DNA of 64,000 nt. It comes from Tagaea sp. (GTDB taxonomy: Bacteria > Pseudomonadota > Alphaproteobacteria > CACIAM-22H2). The stretch covers positions 352,001-416,000 of the forward strand of contig CBDIIB010000002.1 of the NCBI GenBank assembly GCA_965279525.1. Reading direction: 5' to 3'. Below, piece by piece: positions 1 through 9,235 of this stretch. Within the stretch, counting starts at the first letter, position 1, and every line of letters starts with the position of its first letter. Below the pieces are notes generated by a model. That model was not told the origin of the DNA, ran no database searches, and saw nothing but the letters and a program-made list of their open reading frames with translations. Position numbers and translations under genes: made by a program.

Positions 1-1
1 C

Positions 2-997
2 CTGCCTCATGGCCAGCGCAGAGAGGCAATTCGCAAGGTTCTGTCGCTTGCCCCTGGTCGAGTACACGAATCCGCTCGACCGGATTTGCTTCTGAGTCTT
101 GTACTGTCAGGCGAAGAGATCGATGTCGCTGATGTCAATGCAGGCATTGCCGAGACGCTAGAGGCGTCAAAGCGAGATCCATGGATTCTGACGCAGAGCG
201 AGGGCTGGTATCTCCGCGTTTGGCTTCGTCTAATCCCCTTCACGAATAGTCCACTAGAGGCGATGCCCTTGGTGATCGAACTGCCCGAGGCTCTGCGCCA
301 AGCCTACGCTCTGCAAGATATGGTTGGCGCGTTCGCCTATGCACCATCGCCGCAGGCGGAAGAATTCTTGTTTCGGCTCGCCGAAATTGACCAACGCTTC
401 TACCGCCGAAATGAATGGTGGGACAGCGTGATGGCACTCGAGACGCTGTCTTCCGCGCGGCGTTTGGTTGATCTGATTGCGGGTAATGTAGCCAACTCTG
501 CCTTTCGACCGGGCGCGATGACATTTGATATATTTCATTTCGTGAAAAGGCTCGGTGAGCTACTTCCAGCGATGCCTGAACTGCGGGCGTACGTCTATTC
601 ATTGATAAAAAATGGTACACCCGCAGAAAGTGCAGCCATGCTGGCTGGGATTGTTTCTGAGAACCCTGATGCCGAAGGGCTACTGCTGATATTGAATTAC
701 GAGCGGCAAGGCCGCTCAATATTCAACTGGCAATTGGTCAAGGAGGTCGTGACTGAAAAAGTACCTGTTGCCGGATACGCTAATGCCTACAGCTTAGTGC
801 CAGTTCCGTCAGCAGAGTTCCGGAAAAGCATCTTTTCTCTGACGACAGATGGAGGAGCAAGGGACGTAGCGGCGCACTGGCTCAATTACATCGATGAGTT
901 ACGCGACAATTATGGGCTACCTGAAACCGAGCCGCGTCATCCTGATCTAGCCTCCGGAAAGCAGTGGCCAATCTTGAGGTCGTCCGCTGAGGCGTGA
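2..997 (+). CDS. C-terminal part of a large protein, 5' end outside window; possibly a NACHT/STAND NTPase
   Basis: Frame is open from base 2 (LPHGQRREAIRKVL...) to TGA at 995-997. The ending IDELRDNYG..EPRHPDLASGKQWP recalls alphaproteobacterial NACHT proteins (from memory; no NTPase domain in the window). Confidence 0.5.
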   Translation: MPHGQRREAIRKVLSLAPGRVHESARPDLLLSLVLSGEEIDVADVNAGIAETLEASKRDPWILTQSEGWYLRVWLRLIPFTNSPLEAMPLVIELPEALRQAYALQDMVGAFAYAPSPQAEEFLFRLAEIDQRFYRRNEWWDSVMALETLSSARRLVDLIAGNVANSAFRPGAMTFDIFHFVKRLGELLPAMPELRAYVYSLIKNGTPAESAAMLAGIVSENPDAEGLLLILNYERQGRSIFNWQLVKEVVTEKVPVAGYANAYSLVPVPSAEFRKSIFSLTTDGGARDVAAHWLNYIDELRDNYGLPETEPRHPDLASGKQWPILRSSAEA

Positions 998-1051
998 GTT
1001 CTATTCATGTACCTTTTGAATTCTTAGTCTACAGCCCCATTTAGGTGTCAC

Positions 1052-1762
1052 ATGAAGTCTCGCATGGGCAACCTTGATCTAAAACTGACACGCGCCGAAA
1101 TCGATGAGTTCAGAGAGAAGGCTCGCGGTCAAATTTTTGGATTTTTAGAACGCGGTTATTGGGTCTATGCGCTGGTAGCTGCAGATCGCCCGATTTATGT
1201 CGGCCAAACTAGCAATCCTGAATCGCGATTTCACAATCATCTCAAAGTGGCTTATGGCGGCCGTGCCGAGCCCGGCCAGCTACGTAGGGCAGCAGTTAAA
1301 TCTGGGCAGCTGCTTTCAATGGTTGCCCTTGTTCGACTGGCTGGACGCATCGAAGCGCTTGCTTATGAATCCGCTTGGGCACGGCAACTTCGGTTGCTCG
1401 GCCACGAACTGGAAAATACATGGTCGGAACACACCCTACGTTCAACGGCATGCCGCGTTCCGCTTGGTCGTCTTTGGGACATGTCGTTCGATGAGACTCA
1501 AAATCAAGGTATTCGTCTCGAATATGTATGCGCGCCATGTGGTGTAGGAATAGAAATTCCCGGGAGGGAGTTGGCGGCTCGTATGCAAGGAAACCCCACA
1601 ATTCGGAGTGTACGGTCAAAATTCAGGTGCCCAACGTGTGGCGCTGGTGATGTCTTGAAGCTGCAACTGTCTGATGAAGCGCAGAAGGCAAGAGTCTTTC
1701 CTGACCTTTCATCTCAAATTTGGCCCCCCGCTACGTATTCATCACAAAAGCTTCCTACCTAA
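1052..1762 (+). CDS. GIY-YIG nuclease domain protein with C-terminal Zn ribbon
   Basis: WVYAL...IYVGQT..P..R...H with a downstream E fits GIY-YIG; CAPC...CPTC at the C-terminus. Confidence 0.75.
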   Translation: MKSRMGNLDLKLTRAEIDEFREKARGQIFGFLERGYWVYALVAADRPIYVGQTSNPESRFHNHLKVAYGGRAEPGQLRRAAVKSGQLLSMVALVRLAGRIEALAYESAWARQLRLLGHELENTWSEHTLRSTACRVPLGRLWDMSFDETQNQGIRLEYVCAPCGVGIEIPGRELAARMQGNPTIRSVRSKFRCPTCGAGDVLKLQLSDEAQKARVFPDLSSQIWPPATYSSQKLPT

Positions 1763-1851
1763 CTTCGCGTCAATAAGACAACTGCGACATTCAGCGCGGA
1801 AGGAGATGCCGGCTGAAATAGCTTGGCATCTGAAGTGGTCAATTCTGGCGG

Positions 1852-2694
1852 TCATGCCTCAAGTGGCGGGAAGCCCAAAACAAGCCTCCAGTCATCATTC
1901 TGCTGCTTCGCGTATAGCTGGCCCACACCCCATCCAATCCCACGCCCAGTAGTTCTGAAGCAGGGGATGCACATGCTTGCCCATAAAGGGCTATCTTTTA
2001 CATGGCCATCAACATAGAGGCCGCAGTCTAAAAGTTTACGGCGACAGATGTCGCAGTGTTCCGCGCCTTCAGAAAACATTGGCTCTCGGAGCATGACCTC
2101 ATGTTGGTCAATCTCCTTGGCTACTTCTTCCTCTAACCGATCAATTGGTGTGACCGACAACTCGATCAATTCGGAACTTTCTAACGATTCGTCGTCATCT
2201 TCGTCAGACTCCTCCAAGAGAGGATTGTCGGCATCCTCAACCCCGACGCGGTATTTGCCTTCACTGAAATCGATGAAGTTGATGGCGTCTGGATACGACA
2301 TTAAATCGGGAACGGCACTAAGATGGGCACGATAGTCTCTAAACTCGCTTTTGCTTTCTGGTGAAATTGACCAAGAAAAACTGGTGAAAGAGTCGCCACC
2401 GGTACCCGGGTCATAGAAATGACCACCACTGCCCAAATGCAACTCACCATCTGAAAGTCGAATGTCCCAATAGTGCCATGTCTCTATTCTCCCGAACTTC
2501 CGACGTGGCCCAGTCACCGTAACTTCAACGGTTAGAGCCGACGTAACCCTTGGAAGTCTCGAAAGCGCATGCTGCAACTTGGCAACGCTTACGAGTTTGG
2601 CCGCGGAAATCGCATCCGATTTTACAATCTTTGCCAGCATCGATGCTGCAGCACCTAAAAACGCTTGGTCTGCGCCATTGAGCACGTATTTCAT
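1852..2694 (-). CDS. Hypothetical protein with acidic linker and C-terminal CxxC..CxxC domain
   Basis: 280-aa ORF directly downstream of hsdR; EESDEDDDES linker, then CDIC...CIPC...GRGIGWGVGQLY. Confidence 0.7.
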   Translation of the reverse strand: MKYVLNGADQAFLGAAASMLAKIVKSDAISAAKLVSVAKLQHALSRLPRVTSALTVEVTVTGPRRKFGRIETWHYWDIRLSDGELHLGSGGHFYDPGTGGDSFTSFSWSISPESKSEFRDYRAHLSAVPDLMSYPDAINFIDFSEGKYRVGVEDADNPLLEESDEDDDESLESSELIELSVTPIDRLEEEVAKEIDQHEVMLREPMFSEGAEHCDICRRKLLDCGLYVDGHVKDSPLWASMCIPCFRTTGRGIGWGVGQLYAKQQNDDWRLVLGFPPLEA

Positions 2695-2736
2695 CGCAGA
2701 GCCCCTTCAATTCGACCCGTGTGACTTTGGGATCAA

Positions 2737-5700
2737 TTAAGCCCTATCGGCATAGACCCCGGCATTCCGCTCCGGGTAGCGCTCGTAGACATGCTCGAAC
2801 AGCGCAGCGCACTTCTCTTGATACATCTCCGGCGAATAGGCCCGTGGTAGCCCGGCATCGAGCGTGTCCTCGATGATCAGTTTGACCTGGGACCGCGCTG
2901 CCGATTTCTGGCGCCAGTTGAGTACGAGCAGCGCCTTGAAGCGCTCGAGCATCGCGCGGGCGACCTTCTTGACCTCGGCGCGCTCCTCGGTGGTCAGCTC
3001 GGGCGCGGGGCGGGTCAGGATGTCAAAGATGACGAGCTCTTCCTCAGTCAGGTTCTCGCGGACATGCCTTTCCTGCTCCTCGGAGAGGCTTTGGGAGAGC
3101 TTGAGGAGCTCTTCCAGGAGTTCCTCGATACTTCGGCTGCCGGCGTTGTAGCTGTCGATCAGGGCCTCGAATTTCTCCGAGAAGTCCGTCCGCGTCGGAT
3201 TCAGCCGGATCATCTTCTCCAACTGGGCGCGGATCGCGGCCTTGAGTACCTCGATGTCGGTGTTTTTGTTCTTGGACGCCTTGAAGCGGTCCGCCAGCGC
3301 CTTGAAATTAATCTTCGAGAGATCGAGCGCGGGCGGGCCCTGATCCCGGATCTGGTGGCCGGTGATGGACTGGTCGAGCAGGGCGGCAATGTCTCCCATT
3401 ACCTCGGAGATATCGGCCGGGTTCGGGTTCAGCTTGGCACGGATCGATTCCGCCAGCGTCGTGAGGCACGCGACCCGGCTGGCAAACCCCAGCGCGACCG
3501 GATCCGGCTTGATCGCCCGGTAAAGAGTGGCGACCAGCCGCTCGTGCCCGAACAGCTCGCGACGGACGGGGTCCGGGGAGATCAGTCGGTTCATCGCGTC
3601 CTGGATCAACTGGAGGCGCGTGAGGCTGCCCACCTCTACGGCTTCGATTTTCTCTAGGTCGACCGAATGCCCGGTACAAAACGCGGTCGCGCCGGCAATC
3701 GCCTTCCGCAATTCCTCGACGAGCAGCTTCTTGTCGCGAACGGGGTTTGCCCCCGCTTTGCCGGCGCCGTAGATCGCAAGCGCCTTCTCGAGCGAAGCGA
3801 AGACGTTGGCATAGTCGACGATCAGGCCGCTGTGTTTTCCGGGAAACACCCGGTTGGCCCGTGCGATGGTCTGCATGAGGGTGTGGTTGCGCATCGGCTT
3901 GTCGAGATAGATGGTCGAGCAGCTCGGTGCATCGAACCCGGTCAGCCACATCGCGCAGACGAAGACGAGGCGGAGCGGATCGCCGGTATCCTTGAATTTC
4001 TCGTCCAGCCCCGGCTGGGATTCGTTCATCCGCTTCCGGTGCGGCGCGATATCCAGGCCAAGCGCCTGCATCTGCTGGATCTCGTTCTGGCCCGGCGAGA
4101 CGATCAGCGCCATGTCGGCCGTTGTCAATGCGTCGAGCCGCGCCGTCAGTTCCGCGTGCCGGTCGGGCGCCAGGTTCTTGCCTGCCAACTCCTTGCGGAC
4201 CCGGGTGGTCTCCGCCGCCCAGTGCTTGCGAACCTTGTCGTGCATCCGCAAAGCCGTCGCCTTGTCGATGGAGACGACCATCGCCTTGCCGGCAAAGCCC
4301 CGGCCGAGGAAGTGGGCGACAATGTCCTTCGCCACGGCCTCGAGCCGATCGTCCCGAGTAAGGATCTGGTACTGGCGCGCAAGTTCGCGTTCGAGCTTGG
4401 CTTCCTGCTCGGGGTCGAGTTCGGCCTCCTCGATCAGCCGATAGATGTCGTCGTTCAGGTCAGGGTTCGTGAGCTGGAGCTCCGGCGTGCGGTTCTCGTA
4501 GAAGAGGGGGACCGTTGCACCATCCTCGACCGACTGCTGGAAGTCGTAGATCGAGACATAGTCGCCGAATACCTCCTTGGTCCGCTCCTCGCCCACGATC
4601 AGCGGCGTCCCCGTAAATGCGAGGAACATCGCCTTCGGGAGGGCGGCGCGCATGTTCAATGCCAGCGTGTCGTACTGGCTGCGATGGGCTTCGTCGGTCA
4701 GGACGATGACATCTTCCCGGTCGCAGAGCAGTTCGGACGTCTGGAACTTGTGCACGAGTGTGAAGACGTAGCGGTGATTTCCGGTCAGCAGCTCGCGCAG
4801 ATGCGCGCCGCTCGTCGCATGGCACTCGTCGCCTTCCGCACCGGCGACGGCACCCACGGCCTTGAAGGTCTTCGCGATCTGCTCGTCGAGTTCGACGCGG
4901 TCGGTCACGATGACGAAGGTCCAGTTGCCGACGAGCTTCCGAAGGACCTTCTGGGCAAAGAAGACCATCGAGAAGCTCTTACCGCTGCCCTGCGTCTGCC
5001 AGAAGACGCCGCCGCGGCCATGGCCCAGCTTGCGCGCCTCGAGCATCGAGGCGACGGCATTGTTGACGCCGAGCACCTGATGGTTCTGGCCGAGTATCTT
5101 GAGCAGTCCTGCCTTGTGCTCGGAGAACAGCGTGAAGTTCTCGACGAGATCGAGCAGGCGGTTCCGGTCACAGGTCCCGCGCAGCATCACTTCAAGCGAG
5201 ACGCGGCGCGGCTCGTTCTCCCGTTCGATGCGCTTCCACTCGAAGAACCGGTCCCAATCGGCGGTGAGCGAACCGACGCGACTGTCGGTCCCGTTGCTGG
5301 CGATCAGCAGCGCGTTGAACCAGAAGAGCTGCGGGATCTGCTGCTTGTAGTGGGTCAGGTTCTCGTCGAAGGCGGCGCGGGCCGGCACGCCGGGCTTTTT
5401 GAGCTCGATCACGACCCACGGTAGGCCGTTGACGAAGCCGACGAGGTCAGGCCGGCAAGTATAGAGGCTGCCGACCACGCTGAACTGGCTGACCAGCAGG
5501 AAGTCGTTCTGCTCCGGCTTCCCCCAATCGACCACACGCAGCCGCTCGGTCTTCTGCCCACCATGCTCGCGGTCGGGAATTGATACCGGGATGCCGTCTT
5601 TCAGCAACCGGTAGACCTCGCGGTTGGCGGCCTCCAAGCTCATTGTCGCGCGGTCGCGGGTCAGTTCGTCGATGGCCGCCTGTATCGCCTCAGCGGGCGC

Positions 5701-5892
5701 ACCATTGTTGAACTTGCTGAGTGCCGCGCGCAGCCGGTCCGTGAGCACGACCTCGCCCTTGGTCTCGCGTCCGAGCGTGCCGTCCGTGCCAAAGGATTCC
5801 TCCAACGCCGACACCGACTGCCAGCCGAGCGTCGAGAACAACCCAATGGCGGGCTGCTCGACGAGCTGGTCCTCGGTGTAGGCGTGCGACAC
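2737..5892 (-). CDS. hsdR: Type I restriction enzyme, R subunit
   Basis: PDLVGFVNGLP..VIELK nuclease motif, QGSGKS Walker A, DEAH, FTGTP, QTIARANR. Confidence 0.97.
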   Translation of the reverse strand: MSHAYTEDQLVEQPAIGLFSTLGWQSVSALEESFGTDGTLGRETKGEVVLTDRLRAALSKFNNGAPAEAIQAAIDELTRDRATMSLEAANREVYRLLKDGIPVSIPDREHGGQKTERLRVVDWGKPEQNDFLLVSQFSVVGSLYTCRPDLVGFVNGLPWVVIELKKPGVPARAAFDENLTHYKQQIPQLFWFNALLIASNGTDSRVGSLTADWDRFFEWKRIERENEPRRVSLEVMLRGTCDRNRLLDLVENFTLFSEHKAGLLKILGQNHQVLGVNNAVASMLEARKLGHGRGGVFWQTQGSGKSFSMVFFAQKVLRKLVGNWTFVIVTDRVELDEQIAKTFKAVGAVAGAEGDECHATSGAHLRELLTGNHRYVFTLVHKFQTSELLCDREDVIVLTDEAHRSQYDTLALNMRAALPKAMFLAFTGTPLIVGEERTKEVFGDYVSIYDFQQSVEDGATVPLFYENRTPELQLTNPDLNDDIYRLIEEAELDPEQEAKLERELARQYQILTRDDRLEAVAKDIVAHFLGRGFAGKAMVVSIDKATALRMHDKVRKHWAAETTRVRKELAGKNLAPDRHAELTARLDALTTADMALIVSPGQNEIQQMQALGLDIAPHRKRMNESQPGLDEKFKDTGDPLRLVFVCAMWLTGFDAPSCSTIYLDKPMRNHTLMQTIARANRVFPGKHSGLIVDYANVFASLEKALAIYGAGKAGANPVRDKKLLVEELRKAIAGATAFCTGHSVDLEKIEAVEVGSLTRLQLIQDAMNRLISPDPVRRELFGHERLVATLYRAIKPDPVALGFASRVACLTTLAESIRAKLNPNPADISEVMGDIAALLDQSITGHQIRDQGPPALDLSKINFKALADRFKASKNKNTDIEVLKAAIRAQLEKMIRLNPTRTDFSEKFEALIDSYNAGSRSIEELLEELLKLSQSLSEEQERHVRENLTEEELVIFDILTRPAPELTTEERAEVKKVARAMLERFKALLVLNWRQKSAARSQVKLIIEDTLDAGLPRAYSPEMYQEKCAALFEHVYERYPERNAGVYADRA

Positions 5893-5894
5893 GT

Positions 5895-7985
5895 CTACTC
5901 CGTTACCCGTTCATAGGCCTGCTTCACGACATGCATGGCAGACTGGATTTCCGTTAATTCTCGAAGCGAGAAGGTCACATCACCCGATTCGCTGGCATTC
6001 GTGATGAATGAGCTGCCCGACGAATCTTGTGCGATTCCCGATGGGTCGTCGACCTCGTCGAACTCCATGTTCAGCACCAGCAAAACACGGCGGCTGCGCG
6101 GGAGAACTTCGAGGAAATGGTCGTATACGCGATACACCACGCTCTTTGCCCCGCACAGTTCTACTACATCGTCGCCTAGAGCACACAGATGTGGTCGTAT
6201 CGCGTCGAACAGTGCACGGGCCTCGGGATCAAACCCAATCGCCTCGACGCTATACTGGGCAGCGGCCGCGCGCCGCTCTTCCAACTCGGAGGCACGCACT
6301 GCGTCCATGTCTACAGATAAGCCTGGCCAGATCTTCACGGCCTGTTGAGCGAGAGCTTTTCCGCGCGCCTCGATTTCAGTTGGCGTCCAGCAAGCCTGTT
6401 CGCGGATAAATCGGTTCAAGCGCAGTGGGCTATCGTTGAATCCCTTCGGTATTGTCTTCTTTTCGTGGAAGGGACGGTCTCCGTATTCGGAGTTGTAGCC
6501 GGTCAAAGTCAAGTTGCCGAGGCGATGAAGCCAAGCTTCTTGTATCTGCTTCCAGTCCGATCCAAGCATCTCACGCCAGGGTGGCAACAGGTTCTCGTTC
6601 TGGGGCATGACGTGTTCGATCGTAAAGTCGCTGGTATCGATCTTCTCCTTGCTGTCGTTTTCAAGTCGATCGAGCAAGTAGGAGCAAGAGCGCATTGCAT
6701 AAACATTTCGCGTTTCCAGCGCGTCGCGGAACTCGATATCGGTCGGAAAGCGGCGCTTCTTTCCGCCTCGATACAAGGCCACTTTCAGGCTCTGCAACGG
6801 ATCAGCGTTACTGATCTTGTAGGCGATGCCAGCAAAGATTTGGTACAAACTGCGCGTCTGCATGTCGCAAGCCGAGCGACGGAAAACGTAGCTTTCGAGT
6901 AATTCGATTGCCTCACCGAATGCACGGCTGTCGAAGGCATTGGTGCGTGTATGGCAGTCGTACAAGCGCAGCATTAAGGGCGAGGCGACTTCCACCAGCG
7001 TACGAAGTCGGCCGGCCGCCGCAGCAAACTGCGGGTCCCCTTCGCGACCAAGGCTGAAGCGTACGTAGTAGTCCGCAAAGCGCTTCAGCTCGGCAAGCAC
7101 ATCTTCCACCTTACTGGCGGTGGTTTCAGAATGGAAGTAACTGCGGAACTGCTGGTAGATCGCATCGGAGCGTAGTTGCTTGCTCGGTTGCAGCTTGAGG
7201 ACCAGAAAATCGCGGCAGAACTTGTCGAAATCGCTACGATAGCGGTTACCAAACGCAAGCTCGATGGGGCGCCAATAATCCTCGTACAGCCGAGTTTGCA
7301 ATTCGTCTTCTAGCCGCATAAGCACAAAGTTACGGATAAGATCGGCCTGCGTCAGATCTAGCCCCGTGGAATTGAGACTCTCAAAAATCATCTGCGGGTC
7401 GTCGTGGCCGCGAGTCAGGCTGACATCGACTATTACCAGCTTGGCAATGCCGGCATACACCTTGGCAGCGTCAGCCTCGGCGATCTGGTCTCGGAAGAAG
7501 GCATAGTTTTCGCGTACAGACTCGGCCGCAGTTTCTGAGAGTGCTTGCTTCGCAACTAGGGCAAGCAGGGCTTCGTTGTCGGCTCGGCGTAACATCAATT
7601 TGCTTCGCCGCTCATTCTTGCCATGGCGATTGCGCAAGAAGCGGTCTTCCACCTCCTCTGCCGACGGTAGGGCGTCATCATTTGTCGGGTGGGCGTTGAG
7701 GTGATCGCGCAGCGCAGTGAGCAGGAGAGTAACGGTAGTTAACCGCTGCTGCCCGTCGATCAACAGCCAGCGCGGAATAGCGGCCTGATTGTCCTCGGCG
7801 GCGATGTAGACCACTGAGCCCAAGAAGTGAGCGCGGGTTGCCGGGTCACCTCCGACCCGCAAGATGTCGTTCCAGAGCTGCTGGCAGTGCTTCGTGCCCC
7901 AGGAATAGTCACGCTGGAAGATCGGCACGATGAACTGCTTAGCGCCATCGAGAAGTTGGGTAAGTGGTAGGTCTTGGGCGTTCAT
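5895..7985 (-). CDS. gmrSD: GmrSD-like type IV restriction protein (DUF262 + DUF1524 HNH + C-terminal extension)
   Basis: PIFQRDYSW, IDGQQRLTT, FESLNSTG, TIEHVMPQ, LGNLTL..YNS. Likely ATG at 7985 overlaps the hsdS stop (ATGA); the ORF-track 5' extension is an artefact. Confidence 0.9.
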   Translation of the reverse strand: MNAQDLPLTQLLDGAKQFIVPIFQRDYSWGTKHCQQLWNDILRVGGDPATRAHFLGSVVYIAAEDNQAAIPRWLLIDGQQRLTTVTLLLTALRDHLNAHPTNDDALPSAEEVEDRFLRNRHGKNERRSKLMLRRADNEALLALVAKQALSETAAESVRENYAFFRDQIAEADAAKVYAGIAKLVIVDVSLTRGHDDPQMIFESLNSTGLDLTQADLIRNFVLMRLEDELQTRLYEDYWRPIELAFGNRYRSDFDKFCRDFLVLKLQPSKQLRSDAIYQQFRSYFHSETTASKVEDVLAELKRFADYYVRFSLGREGDPQFAAAAGRLRTLVEVASPLMLRLYDCHTRTNAFDSRAFGEAIELLESYVFRRSACDMQTRSLYQIFAGIAYKISNADPLQSLKVALYRGGKKRRFPTDIEFRDALETRNVYAMRSCSYLLDRLENDSKEKIDTSDFTIEHVMPQNENLLPPWREMLGSDWKQIQEAWLHRLGNLTLTGYNSEYGDRPFHEKKTIPKGFNDSPLRLNRFIREQACWTPTEIEARGKALAQQAVKIWPGLSVDMDAVRASELEERRAAAAQYSVEAIGFDPEARALFDAIRPHLCALGDDVVELCGAKSVVYRVYDHFLEVLPRSRRVLLVLNMEFDEVDDPSGIAQDSSGSSFITNASESGDVTFSLRELTEIQSAMHVVKQAYERVTE

Positions 7986-9235
7986 GCGGCCACCGATTGG
8001 GAGAGTTTGGACATTTCGATCTGACCAGAGAGCAGGCGCGGCAGGAGGAGGTCGCGGACACGGCGGAGATTCTTGATTTGAAAGATGAGAGCCTGTTGCT
8101 GATCGATGATTCCGGAAAACAGTCTGGTGAACCTTTCGCCGACATCGCCTTTCGGAATCAATATAGGGAATCTCTCCAGCACATCCCAATTGGCGCGCGG
8201 CATCTTCGCGCCGTTGGCAGTCGCGCTCGCCTCGGCAACAAATGCGTCGCTTGAGACGCACGCAACTACGATGGCGTAGTGCTCGGGCTGGCGAGCACGG
8301 ATGACAATTGTATCTGCGGAGCAAAGGCCATCGAACGGAGCGACACTGACCTTGTGGAAATATGGCCGTATTTTGCCGAATAGGACCTCGCCTTTCTTGA
8401 ACTCCAATTTGTTGGAGCCGAGTTCTGACACTGTTTCCCAAGCGTTGAGAGCAATTGAGCGGCGCGGAATGTGTTCAAGGCCGACGTAGGGCTTCGGCTC
8501 CTTGAGTTCGCCTTTGGGCACGTTGCGGCGCATCTCTTCCGCCACTTCCCCCAGCTTTTTTATCTCCAACCCCTTTGGAATGTCGCCGAGAGGGGGCGGT
8601 ACACCGCGAGTGGATTCGTGACCGGGAAAACGAAAGTTGACGAACCACTCGCGGTAGAGGGCGCGGGCCATCGACTCCAGAATCTTGATGCGCCGTTGGC
8701 TGTTTTCGATCAGCTCGTCGTAGGTCGACAGGATGCTTGATATGCGGCGTTGTATAGGTAGGGGCGGGAGCGTGAACTCGAAGTCAAGAATCTGCTGGCC
8801 GCTGATGTGCGGAATGCTTACGCCGGTTGTGATTGGCCTTACGTAACTTTCGAAGCCGAAACTACCAATCACGAAGCGCAAGAAGCTCTGGTCAAGGCGT
8901 CCGTTGCTGGAGCGAAGTCGGGCGCAGCGCTGAACCAATAGCGCTTTTGGGTCGCCTGCTCGAATGAATGACCACTTCAAGCCAGCGGGGATCCACGGAC
9001 GGTCCATCGCGACAACCACGTCGCCGGGGAGCAGATGAAACTTCTCCATTTTCTCCCAGTCGGACGCTGGCCAGCGTTTGGAAATCTCCCATAGGATGCG
9101 GCCCTGACTGACGTTTTCGCCTTTAACGAGCGGCACATCGTCAGGTTTGTCGGTGAAATGCTCGCTCTTAAACGGAAAGCCGGCGAGTAGGTTCACGCAA
9201 TCAGCAAGTTTCACTTTTGGCCAAGTCTCCATCAT
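7982..9235 (-). CDS. hsdS: Type I R-M specificity subunit
   Basis: Two TRDs with conserved spacers PPLPIQRRI..ARALYREWFVNFRFPG and RDLLLPRLLSG. Confidence 0.95.
   Translation of the reverse strand: MMETWPKVKLADCVNLLAGFPFKSEHFTDKPDDVPLVKGENVSQGRILWEISKRWPASDWEKMEKFHLLPGDVVVAMDRPWIPAGLKWSFIRAGDPKALLVQRCARLRSSNGRLDQSFLRFVIGSFGFESYVRPITTGVSIPHISGQQILDFEFTLPPLPIQRRISSILSTYDELIENSQRRIKILESMARALYREWFVNFRFPGHESTRGVPPPLGDIPKGLEIKKLGEVAEEMRRNVPKGELKEPKPYVGLEHIPRRSIALNAWETVSELGSNKLEFKKGEVLFGKIRPYFHKVSVAPFDGLCSADTIVIRARQPEHYAIVVACVSSDAFVAEASATANGAKMPRANWDVLERFPILIPKGDVGERFTRLFSGIIDQQQALIFQIKNLRRVRDLLLPRLLSGQIEMSKLSQSVAA

Noticed and set aside
3667-5424. 585-aa plus-strand ORF, and similar long antisense ORFs (30322-33339, 44622-46253, 48404-50272, 51878-53638, 59662-61413)
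   Set aside because: Shadow frames opposite well-supported genes in high-GC DNA, with no recognisable motifs.
7986-8441. N-terminal extension of the 848-aa GmrSD ORF
   Set aside because: It overlaps hsdS in another frame; the likely start is the coupled ATG at 7985.
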